DNA of 64,000 bases from Eubacteriales bacterium (GCA_045649045.1 JAZRPF010000012.1:1742-65741), one strand, 5' to 3'; numbered from the stretch's first letter, positions 44,555 to 53,550 are shown. Notes: generated from the letters alone by a model not told the origin. A program made the numbers and translations.

Positions 44555-45199
44555 TCAATATCCAATATTGGTTTTTGAGTACTTCTCCGGTTGGAAATCT
44601 TCTATATTGATTCCCGATGGGGCAATGTCAAGAAGATTACAGATGACAGACAAGACCTTGCCGCCGATTGCCTCTGTACCCGAAGGTGTATAAAAATGAA
44701 CCCAATCCGAACGATAAGCGCTCGGGAACGAAGCCGTTAACGAATAAAGGTCGTTTATAACGGTATCCGTGTCCATCAGAACGCGCAAGGCTTCCGCATT
44801 GTATCTTTGTACGGTCGCATTATGTCTTGTAAACTCAGGCCTACTCATCTCCTCGTTCACATTGGTAGAGGTCGCAAACACCATCTTCGCTTTTGGAAAA
44901 AGCATACGCAATCTTTTATCTATTCTGGCTATCGCTTCTCCATAATAGGAAAGTGATGTGAGGGGCGCATCGCCAAAAAGCTCCAGTACATCCCAAAGCC
45001 CCGCATTCCAATGGACAAGGTCTATATCGTCGCCCCAATTGCCACTTGCCTTCCATTCATGAGCATAACGCAATACATATTCTGCAAATCTGCAATTCTC
45101 TTGCGGATAAAATACCTCTGCGCTCCCGTCCAAAGCATCCTTCACATACTTGTCATAACCCATTCTGATGGAATCACCTATCAATGCAATCTTTTTCAT
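44555..45199 (-). CDS. SGNH/GDSL-family hydrolase
   Basis: A GGAGAG RBS precedes ATG 45199. Block I is IALIGDSIR and block V is DWVHFYTPSGTEAIG. Confidence 0.7.
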   Translation of the reverse strand: MKKIALIGDSIRMGYDKYVKDALDGSAEVFYPQENCRFAEYVLRYAHEWKASGNWGDDIDLVHWNAGLWDVLELFGDAPLTSLSYYGEAIARIDKRLRMLFPKAKMVFATSTNVNEEMSRPEFTRHNATVQRYNAEALRVLMDTDTVINDLYSLTASFPSAYRSDWVHFYTPSGTEAIGGKVLSVICNLLDIAPSGINIEDFQPEKYSKTNIGY

Positions 45200-45292
45200 T
45201 TTCCACTCTCCGTTCAAGTCACTCAATATCATTTTTCTCAAACTGTCCCCAAGCGTTTTCCTTTGCGGCAATGATGGCGCAATTGGCGAATT

Positions 45293-45448
45293 TTACTGCA
45301 CTTTGCAAGTATATCCTTGTATTCTTCCTCGGCTATCATAGCAAGCAATTGTATTTCTTTTTAATCCTGTGGCTTGCGCAAATGTTTCTTGGGTAAAACC
45401 GTTATTCTCTCTAAGTCTTTTCAAATTGACAGAAAAATTATGATTCAT
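45293..45448 (-). CDS. Short XRE-family helix-turn-helix protein (possibly truncated)
   Basis: An AGGAG RBS is present. The translation MNHNFSVNLKRLRENNGFTQETFAQATGLKRNTIACYDSRGR... is 51 aa. The HTH is intact, but the sequence after helix 3 diverges and ends early. Confidence 0.5.
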   Translation of the reverse strand: MNHNFSVNLKRLRENNGFTQETFAQATGLKRNTIACYDSRGRIQGYTCKVQ

Positions 45449-45459
45449 TTTATTTCTCC

Positions 45460-45813
45460 TCACTGATTTTCTTTCGCAGTCGTAATAGACTTTACAAGCA
45501 TACGGCGAATAACTCCGCATTCTTGCAAAAGCCCTTTTGATATTTGTTCACTTATTGCGCTTGAACCAACGAGCATTTCAATCCACTATTCTGTCTCGGC
45601 ACACTCTTTAAGGGCAATATGAAACTTGTTTATAAAATCGGCTTTGCTTGCGGCATAGTTGGCTTCATGGATATTCGCACCGATAGAGGTCGCGCTCCTT
45701 ACGATTTGATTAACAAGAACACCTCTGCCTTTGCGAGTGTCAACCTCATCGCATACGGAAATTATATGTAAAGCAAGAGCTTTTGCTCTTGTGCGCAATT
45801 CAGAATCTTTCAT
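45460..45813 (-). pseudogene. Four-helix-bundle protein (23S rRNA intervening-sequence protein family) with an in-frame TAG
   Basis: The translation is ...SIGANIHEANYAASKADFINKFHIALKECAETE*WIEMLVGSS...TAKENQ*. The amber codon at 45583-45585 replaces the conserved aromatic residue of the KE..ET.YW motif. The reading frame continues to TGA at 45460. Confidence 0.65.
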
Positions 45814-45829
45814 TGCTTTTCTCCTTTTT

Positions 45830-46015
45830 AATGAAGTTTTTGCTTCGCAAAAGTAAAGTTACTCGCTTTGCTCGTAGTGAAGTTGTTCGCTTCGCTCACA
45901 GTGAAGTTAAGTTCGCCCCAAAGTTGCTTCTCACTTGCGCCGCGCGGCGCAAACCTCACTTCGGCAAAAGCCGAAACTTCACTGCTTGCAACTTCACTCG
46001 CCGCAGGCGAACTTA
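45830..46015. repeat. Repeat- and palindrome-rich intergenic block
   Basis: There are four tandem ~24-nt units (45830-45923; core AGTGAAGTT at 45876 and 45900). Inverted AACTTCACT copies lie at 45975 and 45990. A perfect 18-nt palindrome TTGCGCCGCGCGGCGCAA lies at 45935-45952. Confidence 0.6.
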
Positions 46016-47407
46016 GTTGTCGAAAGTGCGTGTCAGACACACGACACTTTCGACATGCGCCGTGCGGGGAAACAAATCAAAGGGTGTTACCTTGTCTGCC
46101 CGATACCCTTCCCCGATTAGCACCGCCATGTCCTCGGCAAGTGTTTTCGGATTGCAGGATATGTAAATAATTCTTGACGGTGCAAGCCGTGCAAGATAGA
46201 GCAAAAGCTGTCTGTCACATCCCTTACGCGGCGGGTCCAGAACCACAACATCGGGGCGAATCGGCGCGTCACGCTCCTTTTCCGCATGAGCAAGCAAATC
46301 CTCGGCACGCGCCGCATCCCCGACATAAAAGCTTGCGTTTTCAATGCCGTTTCGTCTGGCATTTTCAGTCGCGCAGGTCACTGCTCCCTCGACAACCTCA
46401 ATGCCAATCACCTCACGCACATCACGCGCCATTGAAAGTCCGATACTGCCGACACCGCAATAAAGGTCAAGCAAAAGCTCGTTCCCCTGCAATTTTGCGC
46501 GGTGGCGTGCTTCGTCGTAAAGAAGTGTTGCCATTTCATGATTGACCTGATAAAAGGATTCGGGCGAAAGTGAGAGCGTTACTCCCGCAAGCGTATCGGT
46601 TAAGCTCGCCTCTCCCCATAAAAGCCTGTATGTATCTCCGCAAATGACATTTGTCTTTTCCTTCTGAATATTCAAAAGAATACCGACAATTTCAGGATGC
46701 GCCTCTCGCACCGCACGCACAAATTCCGCCTCACACGGCAAAGCTTCGCCATTCACAACGACGCAGAGAAGCACATCTCCCTTTTCGCTTCGCCGTAAGT
46801 AAATGTGCCGCAAAAGCCCTGTGTGCGTCTCCTCATCATAAACCGACACTGAATATGCATCAAAAAAGCATCCGAGCGTTGACAGTATGCGCTCAAATAT
46901 CGGGGGCTGTAACAGACAACCCGATGCCTCGACAACACGGTGACTCTTGGGCGCAAAAAAACCGAACATGATTTTCCCGTCCGTGTCGCGCCCGACAGGA
47001 TACTGCGCCTTATTGCGATAGCCCGTCAGCCTTGCGCCACTGACAACAGGCTCAACGAATATATGCGAAAGTCCTGCATCATGTAAACATTTCTCAACAT
47101 ATCGGTGCTTGACCGACATTTCATAGTCATGCGTCAGGAGGCGATAGGCGCAACCGCCGCACCCCTTGACACAGCAAGCGTCCTCTGCACGATAGGGCGA
47201 CGGCGTCAAAACACTTTCCGTACGCGCAACGGCATAGCTTTTGGTGACATGAATGAGCTTTGCTTCAACACGCTCACCCTCAACCGCGCCCGAAACAAAA
47301 ACCACCTGACCGTTATCGGCACGCGCAACACCAAAGCCGAGATTGTTGACCTCGGTGACATCTAATGTCAATTGCTGATTCTTGTGCAGCATTGCTCTCT
47401 CCTTCAC
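46013..47407 (-). CDS. 23S rRNA (uracil-5)-methyltransferase, RumA/RlmD type (TRAM, 4Fe-4S and SAM methyltransferase domains)
   Basis: It has a TRAM domain at the N-terminus, a Cys cluster (CCVKGCGGCAY), the SAM motif LDLYCGVGSIG and a C-terminal DPPRKG...HVESVVCL. Confidence 0.9.
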   Translation of the reverse strand: MKERAMLHKNQQLTLDVTEVNNLGFGVARADNGQVVFVSGAVEGERVEAKLIHVTKSYAVARTESVLTPSPYRAEDACCVKGCGGCAYRLLTHDYEMSVKHRYVEKCLHDAGLSHIFVEPVVSGARLTGYRNKAQYPVGRDTDGKIMFGFFAPKSHRVVEASGCLLQPPIFERILSTLGCFFDAYSVSVYDEETHTGLLRHIYLRRSEKGDVLLCVVVNGEALPCEAEFVRAVREAHPEIVGILLNIQKEKTNVICGDTYRLLWGEASLTDTLAGVTLSLSPESFYQVNHEMATLLYDEARHRAKLQGNELLLDLYCGVGSIGLSMARDVREVIGIEVVEGAVTCATENARRNGIENASFYVGDAARAEDLLAHAEKERDAPIRPDVVVLDPPRKGCDRQLLLYLARLAPSRIIYISCNPKTLAEDMAVLIGEGYRADKVTPFDLFPRTAHVESVVCLTRTFDN

Positions 47408-47428
47408 ATTTTTTACAAGCCGCGCCGA

Positions 47429-48088
47429 TTAAAGCAAGACCTGCTCATTGGCAATCAAGCGAAAAGCAAGTCCCAGCCGCTCGGCAGCCTTACGGCAAAG
47501 CATCATGCGACCGAGGAAAATCTCAAAATAGTCCATGACCGAGCTGATTTGTGTATCAATTGAAACCGAAAGCGTCACCTGCGTTTTGTCAGCATTGATG
47601 GTCAGATTAGAGCTTTGTACAGAATAGTTGACACGGTCATGGATGTCAAAGGTTGACACATCGGTATTGCGTACACGCGACGCGCGGACATCGCTCTTAT
47701 CCGCAAGGATAAGTGCCGCCGAAACTGCATTCACGGGCACGCCCGTCCCCTCATCATGATTGCCGATAGCTGTGGCAATTGTGGCAATATCCGACGGCTC
47801 CATGTGCAGATGGTCAAGAATACGGAACGCCATAACCGCGCCGCTCTGTGAATGGTCAATGCGATTGATAAGATTCCCGATATCGTGCAAATAAGAGGCA
47901 ATCCGCGCAAGCTCAACGGTATGTGCATCATATCCAAGCTCGGTCAGCAAATCTCCCGACACCTTTGCCACGCGTGTCACATGAGCGAAGCTGTGCTCGG
48001 TAAAGCCAAGTGCCGCAAGAGAGGCATCAGCAGAGCGGATATAGGTATTGACCTCTTCATTTTTTGTCAGTTCTTCGTAGGTGAGCAT
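47429..48088 (-). CDS. HD-domain phosphohydrolase
   Basis: It has an HD motif (ASYLHDIGN). An AAAGAGG RBS favours ATG 48088. Confidence 0.75.
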   Translation of the reverse strand: MLTYEELTKNEEVNTYIRSADASLAALGFTEHSFAHVTRVAKVSGDLLTELGYDAHTVELARIASYLHDIGNLINRIDHSQSGAVMAFRILDHLHMEPSDIATIATAIGNHDEGTGVPVNAVSAALILADKSDVRASRVRNTDVSTFDIHDRVNYSVQSSNLTINADKTQVTLSVSIDTQISSVMDYFEIFLGRMMLCRKAAERLGLAFRLIANEQVLL

Positions 48089-48250
48089 GACAACCTCTTT
48101 CCTTTCATACTTTTTCATATTATTCTATCACATTTTACGCCTTTTGTAAAGATGCTTTCACACTTTTTCATCCCTTCGGGCGCATCTTCATGAAACAAAA
48201 GATAAAGGCTCGGTGTCGAATGGCACCGAGCCTTTGAGTTTCACTGAAAA

Positions 48251-49117
48251 TTAGTCCATGGAGGCCATCAGGTCATAGCCACGCTGAATACCCTCAAGGC
48301 AATCATCCTCGCCCTCATATTCAAGCGAGAAGAAGCCATCGTAGCCCGCACCGCGCAGAATCTCAATGCACTGGCGAACAGGCACATTACCCTCGCCAAG
48401 CGCACAGCCGCGCGAATAATTGAACGCGCGTGTTCTGTTATACCAGTACTTGTCGCTGTCAGCAGGCTTACCGTGGTCGTAGCTGTAAATCACCATGTCC
48501 TTCAGATGCACATGAGCCGCATAGGGCGCAAGTCTTGACACAGCAAGCGGAATATTATCGTCAACACTGCTGAAATTACCGATATCAATGAGCAGACGGA
48601 AGTTTTCATGACCGACTGCATTGAAAAGTCTTTCCATGCGGTCGCTGTCCTGCACAAGTCTGCCATGGTTTTCAACTGTGGTCACAATACCGAGCGATTG
48701 ACCGTACTCGGTCACGCGACGGCAGTTTTCAGCCATCAGAGGAAGCATCGCATCAAACGAGCGAACAGCACCTGTCTTTGGAATATTGCGGTCGCCGTCA
48801 TGACGAAAAACCTTTGCACCAAGCTCTGCCGCAACATCAAGCTCTGCCTTCAGACGCGCAACCTCCGCATCGGAGGAATCGGGCTGATAAAGAGCCGCAA
48901 AGACAGAATAGCAGGTAATCTTCATGTTGCGCGCCTCGCACTCACGGCGAAGAGCGCGCGCCATTTCCAGTCGCTCCTCCTGTGTCTTGCCCAGCGTATC
49001 GACAAACTCAATGCCCTCAAAGCCATAGCGATGAGCCGCCTCGGGCACATCCAAAAGACTCATTTTTCCTTTTTTGACATAGCGTTCAAAGGAGTATGCA
49101 CTGACTGACTTTTTCAT
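48251..49117 (-). CDS. Sugar phosphate isomerase/epimerase (TIM barrel)
   Basis: It shows the xylose isomerase-like TIM-barrel pattern (GFEGIEF...ENH...LIDIGN...HLKD...SLEYEG). It overlaps the upstream oxidoreductase gene by 4 nt. Confidence 0.8.
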   Translation of the reverse strand: MKKSVSAYSFERYVKKGKMSLLDVPEAAHRYGFEGIEFVDTLGKTQEERLEMARALRRECEARNMKITCYSVFAALYQPDSSDAEVARLKAELDVAAELGAKVFRHDGDRNIPKTGAVRSFDAMLPLMAENCRRVTEYGQSLGIVTTVENHGRLVQDSDRMERLFNAVGHENFRLLIDIGNFSSVDDNIPLAVSRLAPYAAHVHLKDMVIYSYDHGKPADSDKYWYNRTRAFNYSRGCALGEGNVPVRQCIEILRGAGYDGFFSLEYEGEDDCLEGIQRGYDLMASMD

Positions 49118-50238
49118 TTGATAATTACCTCGTGGCCGGTAGCGGCAGACTCATAGATAGCATCCAGAATCTTCATAACCCAAATACCGTCCTCTGCAGT
49201 TGCACGGCAGGGAGTTCCGTTTGCAACACAGTCAACGAAGTGTGCCATCTCAACGATAAAGTTATTGCTGTTACCGCCCTTCAGGCAGGAAGTATCGGGC
49301 GTGACATCGGCAAGATAGCCGTTCATCTCGGTGTAAAGCTTCAGATTGTCACCAAGATAGATACCGCCCTTGTCACCGTAAATCTCACGCTTGGTCACGG
49401 GCTCACCGTTCAAAGCATAAGAGGTCTCAAGCAGCATAACAGCACCGTTGTCAAAGCGAATCATTGCAGAGCCGAAGTCCTCAACGGTGAAGGGGTCGCT
49501 ATCTTTTGCACCGTAGGGCTTCCATGCAACATCGGTCTTGAGGTTTGCACGGTTACCAATCAGGTTAGAGGTGGTCGCATAAACCGAAACAGGCTTCGGG
49601 CTACCCATCAGCACACGGGAGTTGTCAATGACATGAACACCAAGGTCAATGACAGGGCCGCCGCCCGAGCGGGACTTATCTGCAAACCAGCCTCCGGGGC
49701 TGCCGTGACGGCGGAGATAGGTCGCCTTTGCATAGTAGGGCTTGCCAAGGAAGCCGTTTTCAACAAAGTCCATTGCAACCTTATTGATATTGGAGAAACG
49801 AGCGCAGAAGCCAATCATCAGAAGCTTGCCGTTCTTGTCAGCAGCCTCCTTCATGGCTATTGCTTGCTCGGTGTTGAACGCCATCGGCTTCTCGCACAGA
49901 ACATTCAGTCCTGCATTCAAAGCAGCAATTGTGCAGGATGCGTGACTACAGTTCCAAACGCAAACATCGGCTGCATCTGCATCCTTCGCCTTCTCTGCAA
50001 GCATGGTATCAAGGTCGGTGTAGCGAAGCTCCTCGGGAATACCAAAGCGGTTGCAGGTGATATCCATGCGTGTCTTATCGATATCGCAGATACCGACAAT
50101 CTCTGCCTGCGGAACTCTCTTGTAAGCGTCAAGGTGTGTGTTTGCGATGTTACCCGCACCAATCATCAGGATGCGGACTTTTTTGCCGGTCGCAGCTTGT
50201 GTCGCTTCGACTGTCGGCATCTTGGGTTCATGGCTCAT
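49114..50238 (-). CDS. Gfo/Idh/MocA-family NAD(P)-dependent oxidoreductase
   Basis: It has an N-terminal Rossmann motif (ILMIGAGNIANTHLDAY) and the EKP motif (LCEKPMA). Confidence 0.9.
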   Translation of the reverse strand: MSHEPKMPTVEATQAATGKKVRILMIGAGNIANTHLDAYKRVPQAEIVGICDIDKTRMDITCNRFGIPEELRYTDLDTMLAEKAKDADAADVCVWNCSHASCTIAALNAGLNVLCEKPMAFNTEQAIAMKEAADKNGKLLMIGFCARFSNINKVAMDFVENGFLGKPYYAKATYLRRHGSPGGWFADKSRSGGGPVIDLGVHVIDNSRVLMGSPKPVSVYATTSNLIGNRANLKTDVAWKPYGAKDSDPFTVEDFGSAMIRFDNGAVMLLETSYALNGEPVTKREIYGDKGGIYLGDNLKLYTEMNGYLADVTPDTSCLKGGNSNNFIVEMAHFVDCVANGTPCRATAEDGIWVMKILDAIYESAATGHEVIIK

Positions 50239-50489
50239 AGTCGTTTCTCCTTTGAATCAGATTTTATTTTGTAAAACAGTTCTTGAAGTACTTGACGGCA
50301 GTATTCGTATCCGCCGTGAGATTCTCACCGACCTCGCACTCAATCGAAGCCGTGCGGCGTACCGCCTCCTCTGCCAGAAGGCTGAAAATTCAAGAATGAC
50401 ACCAATTGAAATTTTATGTTTGCTCTTTCCTTTCAAAATGTTGCCATATCCTTTTTTCGCGCATTCCGCTTTTTTTTTGCAAATAACTA

Positions 50490-50518
50490 TTGCTTTTCTC
50501 TTGATTTCATTGTATAAT
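50490..50518 (+). promoter_or_regulatory. Candidate sigma-A promoter for the AraC-family gene
   Basis: TTGCTT lies at 50490-50495 and TATAAT at 50513-50518, with a 17-nt spacer. Confidence 0.4.
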
Positions 50519-50592
50519 AATGTTGCTGATATGTCAATGAAGAATCCTGCTAATTTCATCAAAATATTGCTGTTTTTGAAAAAGGTAAAAAA

Positions 50593-51438
50593 ATGAAAAA
50601 ACAAAAGCAACCGATTAGCAAAACGATATATGAATGGCATACCCATGCCATGACCAACCATCCCGTCATGTTCAGCTACGGGACGATGAAGGCGTCGCCC
50701 AACCGCTATACCAATATTCATGAGAATGTAGAGTTTCTCCTTTTTGAGAAGGGCGATGCACGGGTGCGATGTGAAAACCGCTATGTTGAAGCCGAGTGCG
50801 GCGATATTGTGTGTGTCAATTCCCATGTTGCACATTGTGTCGAAACCTCCTCCTACTCCTCGCACTACTGCCTGATTGTCGATAGCGATTTCTGTCGCGA
50901 AAACAATCTTGACCCGACAGTCATCACCTTTGCCGATAAGGTCCATGATGAAAAGGTCACCGCCCTCTATCTTGCCGTCGGAGAGGCCTACCGCCTGAAA
51001 TCTCCCTTTGCATCAGCCGCTCTTCGCGGTGCCACCCTTTCCTTCATGTCCTATCTCGCAATGCATTACTGTGCATTAAAAAAGTCGGCGCAATCCAAGC
51101 CCGTCCCCCAGAACATTCTCCATACCGTTAACTATATGAAAAGCAATCTTGACACTAATCTCACCCTGGAAACACTTGCAAACGAAAGCGGTCTTTCGCG
51201 CTACCACTTCGCCCGCAAATTCAAGAAGGTCACCGACCATTCCCCCCTTGCCTATCTCAATATTCTGCGGATGGAAAAGGCGGCACATCTGCTCCATGAA
51301 ACCACGCTTTCAGTGGCCGATATTTCGGTCGCCTGCGGCTTTGAGTCCCCTTCCTATTTTGCTCGCTCGTTCCGTTCTTTCACAGGACTGAGCCCGTCAG
51401 TATACCGCACTGAGCAATCAAATTACGCGCATCTGTAA
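50593..51438 (+). CDS. AraC-family transcriptional regulator (cupin plus HTH), divergent from the oxidoreductase/isomerase pair
   Basis: The C-terminal pattern is ...LSRYHFARKFKKVTDHSPLAYLNILRMEKAAHLL...GFESPSYFARSFRSFTGLSPSVYR. Confidence 0.85.
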   Translation: MKKQKQPISKTIYEWHTHAMTNHPVMFSYGTMKASPNRYTNIHENVEFLLFEKGDARVRCENRYVEAECGDIVCVNSHVAHCVETSSYSSHYCLIVDSDFCRENNLDPTVITFADKVHDEKVTALYLAVGEAYRLKSPFASAALRGATLSFMSYLAMHYCALKKSAQSKPVPQNILHTVNYMKSNLDTNLTLETLANESGLSRYHFARKFKKVTDHSPLAYLNILRMEKAAHLLHETTLSVADISVACGFESPSYFARSFRSFTGLSPSVYRTEQSNYAHL

Positions 51439-51440
51439 GA

Positions 51441-51479
51441 AAGAGCCGTTCCATGAATCTTCATGGAACGGCTCTTTTT
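51441..51479. terminator. Bidirectional intrinsic terminator
   Basis: The hairpin AAGAGCCGTTCCATGA-atct-TCATGGAACGGCTCTT is followed by TTT. It lies between convergent genes and overlaps the U32 stop codon. Confidence 0.75.
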
Positions 51480-53550
51480 ATATTCTCCGCACATCAGAAT
51501 CAGGCGGCAATTTCCGTACAAAGCGATGCAGAATGTCAAGCGTTTCCGCCTCACTCTCCACCGTAAAGAAAAGCGCACCGCCATCAAGCCCCCGCCTTCG
51601 CATCTCGTCCTGCCTGTCAAGCATATAGGTCGGTCTTGAATTCAAAATCACATTGCGATGCCGCCATATGCGCAAAACAGGAAAACAGACACCGCGCCTG
51701 TCAGTCAGCGCCGCCTCACCGCATTTTTCACAGCCAAATGCATCTTTTGTGAAGCAACGCTCGGTCAGCATCAGCGGCATTCTCCCATATATCGGCAAAA
51801 GCCCGAATTGCATATCACGCGCCTGCGCCATATTCACCTCGGGCGACAAAATGCCGCAAGCACCCCCCATGCGCCGCAAATAGTCACAGGAAAAACGGTT
51901 GGTCAGATTCAGCCGCAAGCCGCCGAAAACCGTGAGGGAAGCCTCGTGTGCAAGCCTATATCCACCCACATTGTCCACCATACCGTACTTGACGCCTGCC
52001 TTTTGCAGTCGGCAAAGCACCTCTGTAACCTCGTCCCTATCGCTATCGGTCACAACAGGGGGCAGGCAAACGCCGTCAGGCAGAGGCAGACCGTCCTTCA
52101 CATCAAGCAAGGCATCATAGGAAAGGAAAACAAGCGGCGTGTGCGCGCACGAGTCAAAAAAACGACGCACCGCCAAAAATTGTGCATAGCTCGTCGCGAC
52201 CACCACAAACGGCGACTTCTCAACCGCATCCGCCTCTCCGACCTTGAAGACAGGCTCTCTTCCCTTGCTCAACGGACGGCGCTCTCTCATCGGCTTCATC
52301 AGTAGCGCGCGACAAGCGGCACGGCGCAATTCGTTGAGGGCAGAAACGGGAATAAACAGCCCCTCTCCCACCGAGAAGGTGCTTTCTGCAAGCGAAGCAG
52401 TCAAGGGTGTATCACCGAGCTTGCAAAGCTGCCGCATCACACTCTCGGCAGAGGCAGGTGCCTTGGCAGCCCTTTGCGGTACAAACGCGCTTTCAATATG
52501 CGCGCTCCCCTGCGCCCCCTCGATTGTCAGACGCAGCGGCTCGCCCTCGATAGCAGAAAAGTGCAGCTTGACCGCCGCCTTTTTTTCGGCAGGCACATAT
52601 CCCTGCTCTGCATATCGGCTTTTCGTCTTGTCAGCATCGGTACGCACGCCGCCCATCGCTTTGTGATTTTGCTTAAAATAGCCGTCGGTGAACGAGCCGC
52701 CCCGTGAAAAGCTCTCGGCAAGTGTACGCATTTCACCGTCATTTGCGGCGCGCCCCTCATCAACAAGCCGCCTGAAAATCCGCGTCGCCGTATAAACATA
52801 GTAAGGACTTTTCAGCCGTCCCTCAATCTTGAAGGAATCCACTCCCATCGCCATCAGGCTCGGCACATGAGCGGCAAGCGACAAATCCTTCAAACTGAGC
52901 GGGTAGCCCTGTCCGTAGGGCAGTCGGCACGGCTGGGCGCATTCACCGCGATTGCCGCTCCGTCCTCCGACAAGTGAGCTATATAGACATTGTCCCGACA
53001 CCGACACACAGTGCGCGCCGTGCACAAAGACCTCAATTTCAGTGGGAAGCCCCTCAATTCCGCGCATTAAGCGTGTCAAATCCTGCTCGGAAAGCTCACG
53101 CGCCACCACCACGCGCTCGGCGCCAAGCTCTGCCATTTGCCTGACACCGTCCGCCGAATGCACCGTTGCCTGCGTGCTGATGTGAATGGGAAGCTCGGGG
53201 CAGGCAGAGCGAAGACGGGTGACAAGCCCGATATCCGCGACAATCAGCGCATCAACCCCCATGTCGCGCAGGGCAATCGCCATCGAAACAGCCTCATCAA
53301 GCTCACGGTCATAAAGCAGAGTATTCATCGTCACATACACAGAAACGCCGTGTGCATGACAGTATGCAAGGGCGCGCGGCAAAAGCTCGCCGTCAAAGTT
53401 GTCAGCAGAGGCGCGGGCATTGAATTTCTGTGCGCCGAGATAAACGGCATCTGCACCGCCCTCAACGGCGGCAAGTAACGCCTGATAGGAGCCTGCGGGT
53501 GCCAGAATCTCGGGCTTTTTGACTTTTTTTCCTTTCAAAGCTTTCTCCAT
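51478..53550 (-). CDS. Peptidase U32 family protein (long form with a C-terminal extension)
   Basis: The N-terminus KPEILAPAGSYQALLAAVEGGADAVYLG and the E.F.HGA.C...SG.C region are typical of U32. The start is ATG 53550 (MEKALKGKK) or further upstream. Confidence 0.85.
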   Translation of the reverse strand: MEKALKGKKVKKPEILAPAGSYQALLAAVEGGADAVYLGAQKFNARASADNFDGELLPRALAYCHAHGVSVYVTMNTLLYDRELDEAVSMAIALRDMGVDALIVADIGLVTRLRSACPELPIHISTQATVHSADGVRQMAELGAERVVVARELSEQDLTRLMRGIEGLPTEIEVFVHGAHCVSVSGQCLYSSLVGGRSGNRGECAQPCRLPYGQGYPLSLKDLSLAAHVPSLMAMGVDSFKIEGRLKSPYYVYTATRIFRRLVDEGRAANDGEMRTLAESFSRGGSFTDGYFKQNHKAMGGVRTDADKTKSRYAEQGYVPAEKKAAVKLHFSAIEGEPLRLTIEGAQGSAHIESAFVPQRAAKAPASAESVMRQLCKLGDTPLTASLAESTFSVGEGLFIPVSALNELRRAACRALLMKPMRERRPLSKGREPVFKVGEADAVEKSPFVVVATSYAQFLAVRRFFDSCAHTPLVFLSYDALLDVKDGLPLPDGVCLPPVVTDSDRDEVTEVLCRLQKAGVKYGMVDNVGGYRLAHEASLTVFGGLRLNLTNRFSCDYLRRMGGACGILSPEVNMAQARDMQFGLLPIYGRMPLMLTERCFTKDAFGCEKCGEAALTDRRGVCFPVLRIWRHRNVILNSRPTYMLDRQDEMRRRGLDGGALFFTVESEAETLDILHRFVRKLPPDSDVRRI

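Noticed and set aside
34560-46015. Considered whether the AT-rich island is a prophage, ICE or transposon
   Set aside because: I could recognise no integrase, recombinase, transposase, phage structural or conjugation genes, and no flanking tRNA or direct repeats. I kept it only as a compositional/accessory island.
49132-50274. A 380-aa plus-strand ORF covering the whole Gfo/Idh/MocA gene in antisense
   Set aside because: The minus-strand frame has the Rossmann and EKP motifs and operon context. The plus-strand translation has no motif and no RBS.
50257-50946. A 229-aa minus-strand ORF across the divergent intergenic region and the AraC gene 5' end
   Set aside because: It overlaps a well-supported AraC regulator in antisense and crosses the promoter region. 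It has no motif.
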